DNA from: Octopus bimaculoides
Lineage: Eukaryota
NCBI RefSeq assembly: GCF_001194135.2
Contig: NC_068985.1
Location: forward strand, 30,509,516-30,573,515
Direction: 5' to 3'
DNA: 64,000 nt
Below the pieces are notes generated by a model that was not told the DNA's origin, made no database searches, and saw only the letters and a list, made by a program, of their open reading frames with translations. Positions 1 to 13,696 of the stretch are shown piece after piece. The translations under genes and the position numbers were made by a program. Numbering within the stretch: position 1 is the first letter of the stretch; the number at the start of each line of letters is the position of its first letter.

Positions 1-364
1 ATCAGCAAGCCTGCAACAAATGCTGGTCCTAAATATTTGCTCGCAAAGCTAAGCTACGAAGAAAGAAGTGAAAGAAGAGGAAGGTTAATAGTCATGCTTG
101 AGATCTTAATTTTAGGTCGTATTTATCCTTAACAGATTCATAGTTTTATGAAATATACATTGGTCTATGGATAGAGAATTATTACAAGTGGAAAAAGAGC
201 TTTTTCGGAGTAATTTCATATTATAAAAAAAAAAGCAGCGTAGGGAAATAACTGAATAAGAGCCAACGGCACGAATATGAATAACGACTTAAGCACCACG
301 AAGTGCATTACAAGCAATATGCACACTAATATTATAGTACTGAAATGTGCCACTTACGTGACGA

Positions 365-760
365 AATGGCGGTGTGGTAAGTAGCTTGTTTACCAACCAC
401 ATGGTCCCAGGTTCAGTCTCACTGCGTGGCACCTTGGGCAAGTGTTTCTACTATAGTCTCGGGCCGATCAAAGCCTTGTGAGTGGATTTGGTAGACGGAA
501 ACTGGAAGACGCCCGTTGTATATGTATATATATATATATATGTATGAGTGTGTATATGTTTGTTCGTCTGCTTATCCCCCAGCATCGCTTGACAACCGAT
601 GCTGGTGTGTTTGCGTCCCCGTAACTTAGCGGTTCGGCAAAAGAGAATAATTCCTAGGTTTACAAAGAATAAGCTCCGGGATCGATTTGCTCGACTATAA
701 AGGTGGTGCTCCAGCATGGCCGTAGTCAAATGACAGAAACAAATAAAAGAGTAAAAGAGA
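365..760 (+). mobile_element. tRNA-derived SINE, family A (head, internal (TA)/(TG) microsatellite, conserved 3' half)
   Basis: Pol III B-box-like GGTTCAGTCTC in the head. Near-identical to copies at 8361-8700 and 22118-22385 (inverted), including the 3' block CATCGCTTGACAACCGATGCTGGTGTG...GGTGCTCCAGCATGGCC. Confidence 0.85.
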
Positions 761-799
761 ATAAATTAGAAAACTCAGCAGTTATGCTCAGAGGAATAA

Positions 800-821
800 G
801 TGTGTGTGTGTGTGTGTGTGC

Positions 822-882
<61 letters not shown>
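800..882. repeat. (TG)n microsatellite
   Basis: Read directly. Confidence 0.95.
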
Positions 883-886
<4 letters not shown>

Positions 887-1014
887 TGTCGCTTGAAATA
901 TTTTCATTGCTTGTTTTTCCCTTCGCTCACTTTTTGTAAATATTCGAATTATCCCAGTCAAAATTCTTTGTAACGCTTTTACTACTTGTATAAAAAAATT
1001 CTCCCACCCACCCC

Positions 1015-1022
1015 TCTCTCTC

Positions 1023-1064
<42 letters not shown>

Positions 1065-1082
1065 TCTCTTTCGCCCTCTCTC
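1015..1082. repeat. (CT)n microsatellite
   Basis: Read directly. Confidence 0.9.
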
Positions 1083-3492
1083 TGTGAGTGCGCATGTCTG
1101 TCTGTATATAAACCCGCCAATGCTTAAGTTAGGATTTGAACGTAATCCCAAACATTTGATAAATGTATACTAGCCGAATTTTTGGATGCTCAAATTTGAA
1201 AGAAAAAAAAACACACGTAATATAGTAATATAAACGTATATTTCTCTCTTTTCCTGCATAAGAATTCTAATGTGTACACTAGATGATTGATATTCCCATG
1301 TAATGAGTTCAGTTATTTATTCTCATAATTTTTCTATCATATTCCCATTTCTCTATCATTTTATTACTAGTCACCACCGAGTTAAATAAATATAATATAT
1401 AAATATTGTCATTCGATGTTATATGAAAGTTTCTATGTATATGAATATTTTTCTTTCTAGAAATAGTATTTAATTTCATTTATTTCTATATTTTTTTTAT
1501 TACTGTGTTACCTTTTCTTGTGCAATGATTTATTTAATGAATCTATCTTCTATATATAAATTTCCTGCATTCTACATTAATATTTTTTCCTCTATTAAAG
1601 ATAGGCAAAAACAAATAAATAATAAACCATGTTTTAATGTTGGAACCACTACGCTTGAAAAATGACTTACAAGTGATGCACTGAGAAGGAGAGTAATGGC
1701 GTACTGTTTGTAAACCGCAAATGCTACTGGCGAGGAAATTTATAGCGTACTTAGGTATTAATTTATTCCAGAAGATATGTTAGTCTTGAATTTCGTGCAA
1801 ATAGATTGCATTTATAAGGTTGCTTAGATACAAAAACTCTCTTTTCTTTCTTTTTCGTGTCCTTCCGCTAAAACTTCAATGTGAATCTCAAAAGAAGCAG
1901 GACACTTCTGAGAGAATTTTCAAGCAGAACATTCAGCGGAAAAAAGCTACTTAAGACTTTTGATATTTTCTCATATTATTCTAGATTTGCATGTATGTAT
2001 TTTATTGATCTTCTTTATGTGTGAAAAAGAGATTCCATTCGAACTCATTACGAATGGCAAGTTTGCTTGAGAGTATTTCATGTCTATTGTCAAAACTTTA
2101 AATGGAAAATATTTCATTCCACACTTACTAAAATGAATTTTAAACTTATTTTATTATATTCAGAGTGTAATCAATGATTGTATTAAAAATCTATCTTAAT
2201 GTTAACTGCATTAACTAAAATACTTAAGGGCAATACGGTCATTTGTAAACTCAAGAGAATGTAACTATCTCACCAGCCTTGAGGCAAGAATTCAGATTAA
2301 TCCCAGTTCATGATATACTAGTTCAGATCCGCTGAATGGATTGAAATTAAGTGTCATGTGCTGGGGTACCTATCATGAGTAGGAATCCCAGCTATCCACT
2401 AAACCAAGACAGGCGATTTCATTTATATACTTCAGCTTTCGTTACTGTCAATAACTCTTGGTTACTAGGAAATAGGAATTACAGAGCAATTTAACAGCAA
2501 GAGCCTAACATATTAATCGGAAGAGATTTGTCTTTCATGCGATTAACACTTCGGAAGCGTCGCTTAAATAATGAGGCTTAGATAGAATTAACTGGTTTAA
2601 GAAATGATCAAACTATCAGGGGATGCTCGTTGTAGTAACAGATATTTTCTTCAATAGTGCGAAAGATTCACGCAGCCTCATTACAACACGATTGCAAGCA
2701 CCTATTCGGAAATTCCGACAGATTCGTAAAAGATTCGTCGTGTGCTCTTCTACATTTGCCAAAGTTATGTACTAGAGTCCATTGTACAGTTGTGTACTTT
2801 TGCGTATGCGGGTATGTGTATAAGTGTTTGTATGTGTATTTCTGTATGTATGTTGCATTGGATAAAAAGAACGAGTTCTGATTTTATTGTTTCCATTAAG
2901 GGTTTTGATATTTTCGCTTCAGGTCCTTGCGAGTAGCATTTTCTGACCATCATAGTCTCATCTAGAAAACGCAGTGGTTTTGGCGTGTATTGCCTCGTTA
3001 TTATAGACAGGCCCGATGTGATTGTTGTAAACATAACTGTCCGAATATAAATTTTGACTTTCATCACAATTATACGTTGTCAGTAGATGTATATCCGTGA
3101 CAACATGTCTATCCTATATAGAATTCTAAACAAAAGTAAAGCATTAATGAAGCCAGATATACTCAAGGTACAATATATTTCTAAAATATACACATAGCCA
3201 ACTTACTGTATTCACAAAAATAAAATAAAATAACACAGTCTGAATGTATGTAAATCTAACAGTCAAAATTGAAATTCTAGTGGAATTGGCTCCGCCAATC
3301 AGGTTGTCTTTGCCTATCTTATAGAGGTAGCATCATACACTAAATCATAATATCCTCATTAAGAAGCTATGAAAGTCTAGAAATATTAACTGCATAGAAA
3401 TCATTCGATAATATGAACAGAAAACATGGATCACCTTCAACATAGTTGGGTATTCAATACACGTCCCACGTTTATGTATATACGTGTATATT

Positions 3493-3531
<39 letters not shown>

Positions 3532-3769
3532 TTTCGATTATATTAAACTGTCTGTCATATGTCCAAATTTGCCTAAATGCGTTGTTTGCAATATCTATTT
3601 TTCCATGCAGTAGACGGTTCTTTGGGTCAAACTATCGTATCTCCAGCTGCTTCAGATGACAAAATATCAAAAATTGTCAAAGTGTAGTACAACGGTTTTG
3701 CTATGGAATGGTGAAACTATTTTTCTTTTCTTGAAAAGGCAACGTTTGGGACTTTTGAATAACAGCGAC

Positions 3770-3771
<2 letters not shown>

Positions 3772-3845
<74 letters not shown>
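3772..3845. repeat. (TA)n microsatellite, one of many (also about 3440, 5020-5110, 11150, 19870, 21585, 23025, 51345, 62690, 63010)
   Basis: Read directly; many of these tracts abut N gaps. Confidence 0.95.
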
Positions 3846-3847
<2 letters not shown>

Positions 3848-5069
3848 CCTTCTTTTGTAAAATCAGCATACATACTCACAGACACACACAATTTTGTAAA
3901 CTATTATAGAAGTGGAAAAGCATAAATCGTGCATAGGCTCGCCAGAGAATTTATTTATGTGGAAATATACGTGTTAAAACCTTGCCTTGTACGTACATCA
4001 GCTTCTATCCAATGTTTACACTTCTCATGTGTAAGATATCGGAATTGATTCAACCACGAATATAATGCCTTGCGTATTGAGTTACGCTATGTTATGCTCG
4101 TACTTCAAAAAAACAACTTATTTCTAGTTACACGTTTGTGCTTCCGGCTCCTTAAAATATAGTAGCAGACAAATGCTCTTTTATGTGCTTCAGTCAAAGA
4201 ATAAAGGGAGACGTTCCTGACCTTAACAGGATTGCTAGAACTGTTGGTTAAAACGGAGACAAAATTTATACTGATGGAAGCTGTGACCGTTATTTCGACC
4301 AACGTGAGTAAATCGGCCGGTAGTTCGTGATTGCACATAGACCAATATACAAAAGTATCACTCAGCCCTCGAAGAGCTGATAAGTTCTTGGACCTCCGTA
4401 ATGCCTGATATTTAGACATTGACAGAAGTTTCCTTCGTCTTCTTCCTTCTACCAAACCCCGGTAAAAGCTCTTTTCCAACTTGTAAAATATCTTTATGCA
4501 TGCATTGATAATTATAGATTTTATAAAACTATGCGAGATCAACTATGTTTCCTAGCGCCAAAAATGCATTAGAAAATATAAACAATGAGATATTTTCTAA
4601 TAAGAATCTTTGTCGAAATTCCCCCGTCGAAATGCGCTGCAATAAACTCTCCTCTGCCTAAGATTTAGATGGTGACGCTAAAGGAGACGTTGGATTTGAT
4701 TTGACCCTTCACTAGAAGCAACATACCCGATTGCTACTCCTCTCTGCCAAAGTGTGTGGTCTTATACAATGTAACACATGTTGGCTTCTACTCGTCCTCA
4801 AATGTGCTTTCCTAAAGTAGTATTGTTTATTTTGGGGTCATGTCAGTTGTTCTTTCAGTTATTGTTCCTGATATTACTCATATTACTGTATGTTTTGTCT
4901 TCTGTTCTTTCCGCTTGGTTTTCATTCATATCAGTACACGAATTTCCTGTATACACAAAAAAAAACTATATATGTACATATGCACGTATAACCTATCTGA
5001 CTATCTACCTATATGTATATATAATATATATNNNNNNNNNNNNNNNNNNNNATATATATATATATATAT

Positions 5070-5113
<44 letters not shown>

Positions 5114-5214
5114 GTGTGTATGTGCATGTGCAAATAAGAATGCACAAATACATATATATATGTGTGTATGTGTATATATGCATATATGGATGAATACATT
5201 CATATATGTGTGTA

Positions 5215-5249
<35 letters not shown>

Positions 5250-6229
5250 GTAAGTATATATGTGAGTATGTGTATTTAGCGTATGTATACACACACACAT
5301 CCATATATATAAACATATGTTTATATATATATGCCTGTATGTTTATGTCCATGCATGTTTGCCAATGTATGTATATATTCTTCAAACTTCCATTTACTCT
5401 GTAAAGTAGGTTTGCGCTATTTGTATATTTGTGAATGAATAGTAAGTTTATCTTTCCCTTGAGAGTGACCCCACACATACAAACTGTAAACAAGCAGCAA
5501 CGCTTCGAGAATTTTAAACCGACACGACTGCTGGTATTTGTATAGGAAATTTAATGAAAGTTAATGTAGGAAGACATTGTTGCCGGGTTACGTAAAACTG
5601 AGAGGCTGAGAAACAAGAAAGAGAGGAAGACATTGACAGTACTTGATCCATATTGAGAGGTATTTGTATTATGATATGGTATATTAGATAATCAATTGAA
5701 TATCATTGTTGTATTCAATTTGTCATTGTAGCATTATGAATCAGTATTAATTTGTTATGTATGAACTAATGACAATTATATTCTAATGTTTTCATTATTA
5801 CTGCTGCTGTTCTTGATCTTGTTGGTGGCTGTGGTCGAGGTGTTGCTACTGATGCTGCGGTTTATTTCCATGTTAGCCTCAATCCAAAAGTTCTATAACC
5901 AAACACTCTCCATGCAGATAAATCTAGTATTTTTTGTATGTTATTGACAATTTTTCCCTACGCATACCTTATTTGAGCCTATTAGTATGATGCGATTTGA
6001 ATGAGATTTCGGTTCTAGTTTTAATAGGTTTAACGACACTGCAGAAGTGCTCAACGCATGATATTTGGTTTGAAATCAACACCAATAAATCTTCTCGAAA
6101 TGTGTTGGAGTTAAACAGATCACTGGGGTATGAAACTAAATACTGTAAAATATCTTATTCCAGTAATACTCGTTCTTTTCCACTTTCTTAAACATTTCTT
6201 CTCGGTTTTGTATTCCTGACTTTTCCAGA

Positions 6230-6600
6230 TCTTCTCAGACTATTGTGGTTGAGCCGGTGGATATACCTTTACAAAAGCTGAAATTTGATGGCTGTAGTTA
6301 AAATATGGGGGGAGTGTCATCCAGAAGGTCGATCTTCTAGGAAAGGTCGACTGGATGATGGGATTAATAATGAGCTGTGGGTCAGACACAGCATAGGTGT
6401 ACAGAGGCAAAAAGATAAATGGTTTGCGTAGAGATCGCATGAGTGCAGCTAAATCTAAAGAACAATGACCACTGTAATAGCAGTTGATAGAGTGAGGAGA
6501 TGGCATGTCTGTCTCTTAGAGCCTGGAGTGTGTTGGTGAACGGCTTCATGTTAATCAGTTACTTTGACTTCTTTTGTAGAATACAATCTAGGATGTATAT
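6230..6600 (-). mobile_element. Decayed CR1/L2-type LINE 3' end
   Basis: Minus translation YYSGHCSLDLAALM...QSTFPRRSTFWMTLP resembles the CR1/L2 C-terminal pattern YY.G.CS.EL...SFFPRT..LWN.LP. Confidence 0.55.
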
Positions 6601-7973
6601 GAGATAGCAACAGCATCAAAGATGTAGGAACATTATTCTAATTTGGGTCTTACCTTTGTTTATGGTCAGTCATTGTTGGAAAATAAAGAGACAGATCTAT
6701 AGGCTTTCTTGAACAAATAATACTTTTGATTTGTTTTGCTTATATGCTATCCTGTTCGTTTCTCTTGATTACATTGAAATTCACGGTTTATTTGAAGAGG
6801 TTCATTGCGCTTGCATGTTGTCTATGCACTCCCCTAAAGGCATTCGTATTGATTTATTGGAGCCATTCATAATACTTAAGATTTGGATGGCAGTGTAAAC
6901 GTTGTATCGGGTTGTTGTTGTCATTCCCAGTGGCTTATGTGGCTTATGTGCAGGAAAATCATTGCAATCGGAAATCGAAACGGAAAATATATCGGAGCTA
7001 TAGCTGGTTGACTGATAGCTTTACAGATTATTTATGACGTGTTCCGATAAAACTATCAGAACTAACCAATATATACCACAGTCTAACATCTCACTAATTA
7101 ACATATTCAAGGCACTGAATGTTCTTCTCTTACTATATCCCTGTCTTCTTCTCACTCCATTTCTTCTCTAACCCTCGCTTTTTTCCCCATTCTCTCTCAC
7201 TTTCTCTAAGTATATTATTATGGTCATTCAATTTTCTATGCACTTTCTGTTCCTAGGGAATATATACCAAGCTTTCCGGAGAGAAAATAGAATAAGCAAT
7301 GCTAACACATGGAAATATTGACACCTTGGCCATGTAGGTCATGGGCACTAGTCATCAGCGAATATATGTTTCTGAGTAGAAACCCAAATAGTAGGTATTC
7401 TAACTCATTCTACATATAAAGAGGTGATACTTGGCGCTCACTTCCGCTTTTTAATATCATCCTTTGTTTCAGTTAAATATATTTATATGCAGTGACGAGA
7501 ATGGCTTCAAATCAAATCTAAACTCAATCGCAAGATATACTCACTGTGTGACCATTCTTTCGCATCATATTGCTGACATTAATGGAACAGACGAGGGATT
7601 TAAAATAAAATAAAACCCCGTCAAGATTTGAACTCTGGTTAAAAAAAAAAATAGCTACATAGGATTGCCAAAATACAACCACGTTAATACTCATACTACC
7701 ATACTTTAAACAAGAACCATTCGATTTATGGATATGTAACGTTTGTACTTCTACCAACATGATGCAAATTTTGCGGAAGAATTCCAAAGAGAAATAGATA
7801 AAATGAGAAACAGAACAACACGAAATGTATAATAAAGTTAATAGTGGATAAATAAAATGATTTGTGGAAAGCAACTGACCTGTGTAAAGATTAATCATCA
7901 GAGTCTCAACAAACCCCAAATGGCTTCTTTGCGTGACTATAGAAAACTCTCAATATCCACTGATAGATGCTAA

Positions 7974-7974
<1 letters not shown>

Positions 7975-8062
<88 letters not shown>

Positions 8063-8100
8063 TTCTATCTATCTATATATCTATCTAAGTATCTATCTAT
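7975..8100. repeat. (ATCT)n/(TA)n compound microsatellite
   Basis: Read directly. Confidence 0.9.
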
Positions 8101-8360
8101 TTATCTCTGTTTCTCACTCTCCTTCTCTCTCCTTGACCCTCTCTCACCCTTTCCCCCCTCTCTCTCCTTCTCGCTTCCTTCCTCTATTTCTGTCTTCCTC
8201 TCATTATCTCTACCTCTTCTTCCTTCAACCAATCTCTCTGTATCTACGTNNNNNNNNNNNNNNNNNNNNNNNNNNNNNNNNNNNNNNNNNNNNNNNNNNN
8301 NNNNNNNNNNNNNNNNNNNNNNNNNNNNNNNNNNNNNNNNNNNNNNNNNNNNNNNNNNNN

Positions 8361-8700
8361 TGGCATCTTGGGCAAGTGTCTTCTACTATAGCCTCGGGCT
8401 GACCAAAGCCTTGTGAGTGGATTTGGTAGACGGAAACTGAAAGAAGCCTGTCGTATGTATGTATATATATATATATATATGTATGTGTGTATGTGTTTGT
8501 GTGTCTGTCTTTTTCCCCCCAACATCGCTTGACAACCGATGCTGGTGTGTTTATGTCCCCGTAACTTAGCGGTTCGGCAAAAGAGACCGATAGAATAAGT
8601 ACTAGGCTTCTAAAGAATAAGTCCTGGGGTCGATTTGCTCGACTAAAAGGTGGTGCTCCAGCATGGCCACAGTCAAAAGACTGAAACAAGTAAAATAGTA
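8361..8700 (+). mobile_element. SINE family A copy (5' end lost in gap)
   Basis: Aligns by eye with 430-760. Confidence 0.85.
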
Positions 8701-8785
8701 AAATAATATATATATACAAATATATATATATACAGACACACACACACTCACACACACACACACACACACACACACAAATATATAT

Positions 8786-8824
<39 letters not shown>

Positions 8825-9139
8825 AGCGACAATTCCATATAACATGCTTGTCCGTTTCCCTTCGTGGCCTGTCAATTTTCGGAAATTCTTGATTCTTCAG
8901 ATTATCTGCCCTTCTCAAGTGGAGCCGGTCTTAATTGCTATTTGGTAATTATGATGCCAGCATCTACAGACGGATTTAATTTCAACAAACCTAAAATGTA
9001 TGATGTATGAAAGTTGCTATACTTGCATTTGCCCATGCGGTTCAAATATATTCTACTGGCATGTTATATTTTTCTTATCTAGTTGTCCGATAATTATGCA
9101 GATTCGTTGTCGTCGTAATGCATCGCACACCTGCACCGA

Positions 9140-9600
9140 ATTGATGCCACTACAACGAAAGCCTTCCCGATTAAGCGCCAGTTCTCCAGCTGCCTTAGCT
9201 CTGTTGTCCAACCAGATCCTTATATATTTTCCATTGTATTCTTTGCCTACCATTTAATCTACTACTCTTTACTTTTCCTTCCACGACAATGTTTTCCAGA
9301 TGTCTGTTTCTGCGAAAATGTCCACAGTAGATGAGCTTTTGTTTGTTTTTTCTTACAACGTTCAGGAGTTGTCTTTCACCTATTTGTCTTTCGCCCATTC
9401 ATTTGTCCAGTGGTCTATGTATAAGACTCGTAACATTCCCTTATGCACCCACATTTCAAGCGTTCTGAGTGTATTCTTTTCAAATTTGTTCAGTGTCCAT
9501 GCTTTGTAACCAGAGCCATGGACGTTCTTGCTATGGCTACCCGCATCTTAATTTCTTTCTTACATGTGGCTTCAAATAACCTAGGACAAAAATGTGCTCC
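9140..9600 (-). mobile_element. Decayed RTE-clade LINE, RT C-terminal region
   Basis: Minus translation LLNVVRKNKQKLIYCGHFRRNRHLENIVVEGKV...GRQRIQW matches the RTE pattern KRKL.YFGHI.R...LE..I.EGKV.G.R.RGR.R..W. Confidence 0.7.
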
Positions 9601-9699
9601 AAGGCCCTTGGTTACTGGAGTGAAGATTGGATAATAACCGTGACAACGGCTATTACGCCAGAAATACATTTATGTATATAAAATATATATGTAAGCTGG

Positions 9700-9905
9700 C
9701 AGGTTGGCAGAAACGTTACCACGCCGGGCGAAATGCTTAGCGGTATTTCATCTGCTGCTACGTTCTGAGTTCAAATTCCACCGAGGTCGACTTTAACTTT
9801 CATCCTTTCGAGGTCGATAAATTAAGTACCAATTGCATACTGGGGCCGATCTAATCGACTGGTTCCCTCCCCCAAAATTTCTGGCCTTGTGCCTAGAGTA
9901 GAAGA
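9700..9905 (+). mobile_element. tRNA-derived SINE, family B (GGCGAGCTGGCAGAA head, (ATT)n tail)
   Basis: B-box-like GAGTTCAAATTCC; more than 10 homologous copies in this window. Confidence 0.85.
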
Positions 9906-10268
9906 TAATATATATGTGTACATATATGCATTCATACGTATACACATGTCTTTGTATATGGATATATTCATATTTATATGCACGTATTTGTAAGTGCATA
10001 TATGTGTTACGGCTATGTCAACAGCGATAAAAAGTATATTTCATATTTAAAATTCATGACAATCACACGCAAACGAACATATATCTATCCATATATATGT
10101 TAGTATGTTTGTGCGTATATGTGTTCGTGCATGTGTGTTTGTGTGGGTGTATGTGTATATGTGCGTTTGCGTGTGCATGTGTATTTGCACTTAATACTTG
10201 CCATACAGATAATACAACTGTATTGTTGACGTGTATAATTTCATGCTTACAAAATTTCTCGGTACAAA

Positions 10269-10299
<31 letters not shown>

Positions 10300-10543
10300 T
10301 GTGTGTGTCTGTGCGTGTGTGTGTGTGTGAGTGTCTGTATGTTTGTGTGTAAGTGTCAGTGTGCGTGTGTGTCAGTGTGCGTGTGTGTCTGTGTGTGCGG
10401 ATGTATGTTTTCATGTCACACACTCAGAAACTTTGGTATATACACACTTACATAGACATATATATACAAACATATATACAATTATACACACTGACAAACG
10501 CGTATGTGTTCGTGTGTGTGTGTGTGAGTGTGTGTGTGTGCGT

Positions 10544-10600
<57 letters not shown>

Positions 10601-10763
10601 GTGCACGCTTAGCTTTATGCATCGTAGAAAATAACTCTGTTATCTCAATGCGTCCATATGTTTGAGAAAATAGTACAGTTAAGCGTTAAATAAGAGAGTT
10701 GGGAAATGTGAAAACAGCGAGTGGTATTTCAGATTTTTGCTGATGTTTGTTTGTATCCCATAG

Positions 10764-10849
10764 GTGACCACGTAGTTTATCCGCTAAAGCTAGCCGACTA
10801 CGTAGATTTCCACGTAAACTCGACCCTCGGGGATTCTATCAGTGTATTA
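10764..10849 (+). CDS. Candidate exon of an unknown gene (GDHVVYPLKLADYVDFHVNSTLGILSVY*)
   Basis: Acceptor TTTGTTTGTATCCCATAG|G, non-repetitive open frame to TAA, optional GTAAAC donor at about 10814. No partner exon found. Confidence 0.3.
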
Positions 10850-11145
10850 AGATAATTTGAAAATTTACCAGTTTGAAAAATGGCTCCCCAGAGTACGAAT
10901 AACATTTTTGCCTTGAGCAAGGAAAACAGTCGCATAGAGTCACATACCAGTACAGTAGCTTAAACATTTACATATAGAAACAAGCATACACACGCAGACA
11001 AGCGAACATATGTGCGCGTGTGTCTGTTTGTCCGCGTGTGTCTGCTTCTATGTATTTGAATATGCAGATATATACGCATGTTTTGGTACATATCTATATA
11101 TATGTAAGTGTGTATATATGCATGTGTGTGTACTCACACACACAC

Positions 11146-11185
<40 letters not shown>

Positions 11186-11405
11186 NNNNNNNNNNNNNNN
11201 NNNNNNNNNNNNNNNNNNNNNNNNNNNNNNNNNNNNNNNNNNNNNNNNNNNNNNNNNNNNNNNNNNNNNNNNNNNNNNNNNNNNNNNNNNNNNNNNNNNN
11301 NNNNNNNNNNNNNNNNNNNNNNNNNNNNNNNNNNNNNNNNNNNNNNNNNNNNNNNNNNNNNNNNNNNNNNNNNNNNNNNNNNNNNNNNNNNNNNNNNNNN
11401 NNNNN

Positions 11406-11436
<31 letters not shown>

Positions 11437-12240
11437 TATATATATATAAATTTATGTACATATATTTATATATGTAAATATATACATATAAATATTTAGA
11501 TACGTGTATATATATACATGCATATATATCATATACATAAAAATACATATATATATATGTGTGTATGTGTGAGTATACGGATGTATAAATGTATATGCAT
11601 ATTTACGTATATGCATATATATATATATATTCATGTACGTATCTATATACATACATATATAGTATATACATGTATATAAAGTTGTACATAAACTTCACAC
11701 ACACATATACATAAGCAAATATTTATAAGGAAACGATTATATTGCATATGCATATTTGCTTAAATATGCATGTGCACACCTAAACATATGTGCATGAACA
11801 TTTGTATATCAATTCTGACTGATAATAGTTTTTAGCTTCTACAGAAAGTTTAATGTCACTGAACAGCGAGTGTGACTCTGTTACAGATTCGTTTGATAGA
11901 AACGTTATCCACACAGACGAGTGGCTGCCACACAATGTGATATAACTCTGTCGTTGTGGTTATGTATGGCCAACTTCATTTTGTTTACAAACTTTAGTGG
12001 AGTTTCTGGGCGGCGGGATTGTGAATATGGTAACATTTGCCTCTATAGCGCTTTGTTGAATCAAACATTGGACTGGGAACGAGATGAGCACAGGCTGCAG
12101 GCACATACCCTAAACTTTGGGGGACAATCAAAACGCTTCGAACATAATCCTGAAAATCTTCATTGCCAGAACCAGTGAACTTACAAACAGTTTTGGATTG
12201 ATTTGAAAAATTGCCTTTCCATATTTGGATTTATTTGATA

Positions 12241-12251
12241 ATTATTATTAA

Positions 12252-12307
<56 letters not shown>

Positions 12308-12313
12308 TTTTCG

Positions 12314-12344
<31 letters not shown>

Positions 12345-12560
12345 TATTATTATTATTAAGGCGGCGAGCTGACGGATTCGTTAGTACGCTAGACGATATG
12401 CTTAGCAGTATTTCGCCCGTCGCTGCGTTCGGAATTCAAATTCCGCTGAGGTCGACTTTACCTCTCATGCTTTTGGGGGTCGGTAAATTAAGTACTGGGG
12501 TCGATGTATTCGACTTTACCCTTCCCCAAAATTTCAGGCCTTGTGCCTATAATAGAAAGG

Positions 12561-12628
<68 letters not shown>

Positions 12629-13092
12629 GGCGGCGAGCTGGCAGAATCGTTAACACGCGGGAAAGAATGCTTGGCGGCGTTTTGGTCCGTCTTTACGTCC
12701 TGAGTTCAAATTTCGACGGGGTCAACTTTACTTTTCATCAATTCGCGGTTGATGAAATAAATACCAGTAATGCACTGGGGTCATGGTAATCAACTTATCC
12801 CCCACCACAAAAAAACACACAAATTTCAGGCCTTGTGACTATAGTAGAAAGGATTATCATTATTATACCTGAAGGTGGCGAGCTAGCAGAATTATCAGCA
12901 AGGCAGCCAAAATGCTTTGCAGTATTTCGACCGTCTTTACGTTCTGGCCGGGGCCGACTTTGCCTTTCGTCCTTTCGGGGCCGATAAATTAAATACCAGT
13001 TGCATATTGAGCTCGATCTAATCGACTGGCCCCCTACCCAAAAAATTCGGGCCTTATCCGTAGAGTACAAAAGATTATTATTATTATTATTA
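12241..13092 (+). mobile_element. Head-to-tail array of three family B SINEs separated by (ATT)n tracts
   Basis: Copies at about 12358-12560, 12628-12860 and 12875-13075, each preceded and followed by (ATT)n. Confidence 0.85.
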
Positions 13093-13660
13093 TTGAGCGA
13101 GAGAGCAGTGCATGCCATCAAAGTGACACTGGGATAAAATATACGAAGCCCATTATACCCATCATGACTATCCGTCTGATAAGGGTACACCAGGCACATG
13201 CATCACAACCATATGTACTCGACATGGTGATTTCATATCAAGATAAACAGCGCATGACTTCGCAGGTGGGGCTCAGTTAGAATTTTCTTCAGGTCGAATA
13301 GCTCATCCCGCTCAAAAGGTCCCTGAATAAAGTTTGTTTAAGGATGTTGAGCAAAACACCCATGTTTCCAAAGGTGAATTATTCAAACCCCAAAGAATTC
13401 CTCTCAACACATGGCTATGATGCTCCCCCACTACTTCTGCTCGTGATCAGAGATGCACATATCGTCAGCCACCAAGGGACATGCTCAACTGGTTAAGGTC
13501 AAACAACTGAGAAGCAAAAGTGTGCTATTAAGCAGAATATTTGCTGTAGCCCATTTTTTTAATACCAAGACAAAACCATGTACATGATAACATTTTCAAT
13601 CAATTAAGATCAGAAGCCATGAGAGCCGCCACTGCCTGGTACTGCATCCGGGTATTTATT
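13093..13660. repeat. Unclassified GC-richer interspersed-repeat-like segment of about 570 bp
   Basis: Bounded by (ATT)n/TTA tracts. It resembles an abundant Octopus repeat from memory only; there is no second copy in the window. Confidence 0.35.
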
Positions 13661-13696
13661 ATTATTTTTTTTTTCTTTTGTTGTTATTATTCCTCA

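Noticed and set aside
365-430. tRNA genes at SINE heads
   Set aside because: Only A/B-box remnants; no cloverleaf can be folded.
8860-8900. Hammerhead-like CTGAAGA...CGAAA on the minus strand
   Set aside because: Stems II and III cannot form and there is no NUH site.
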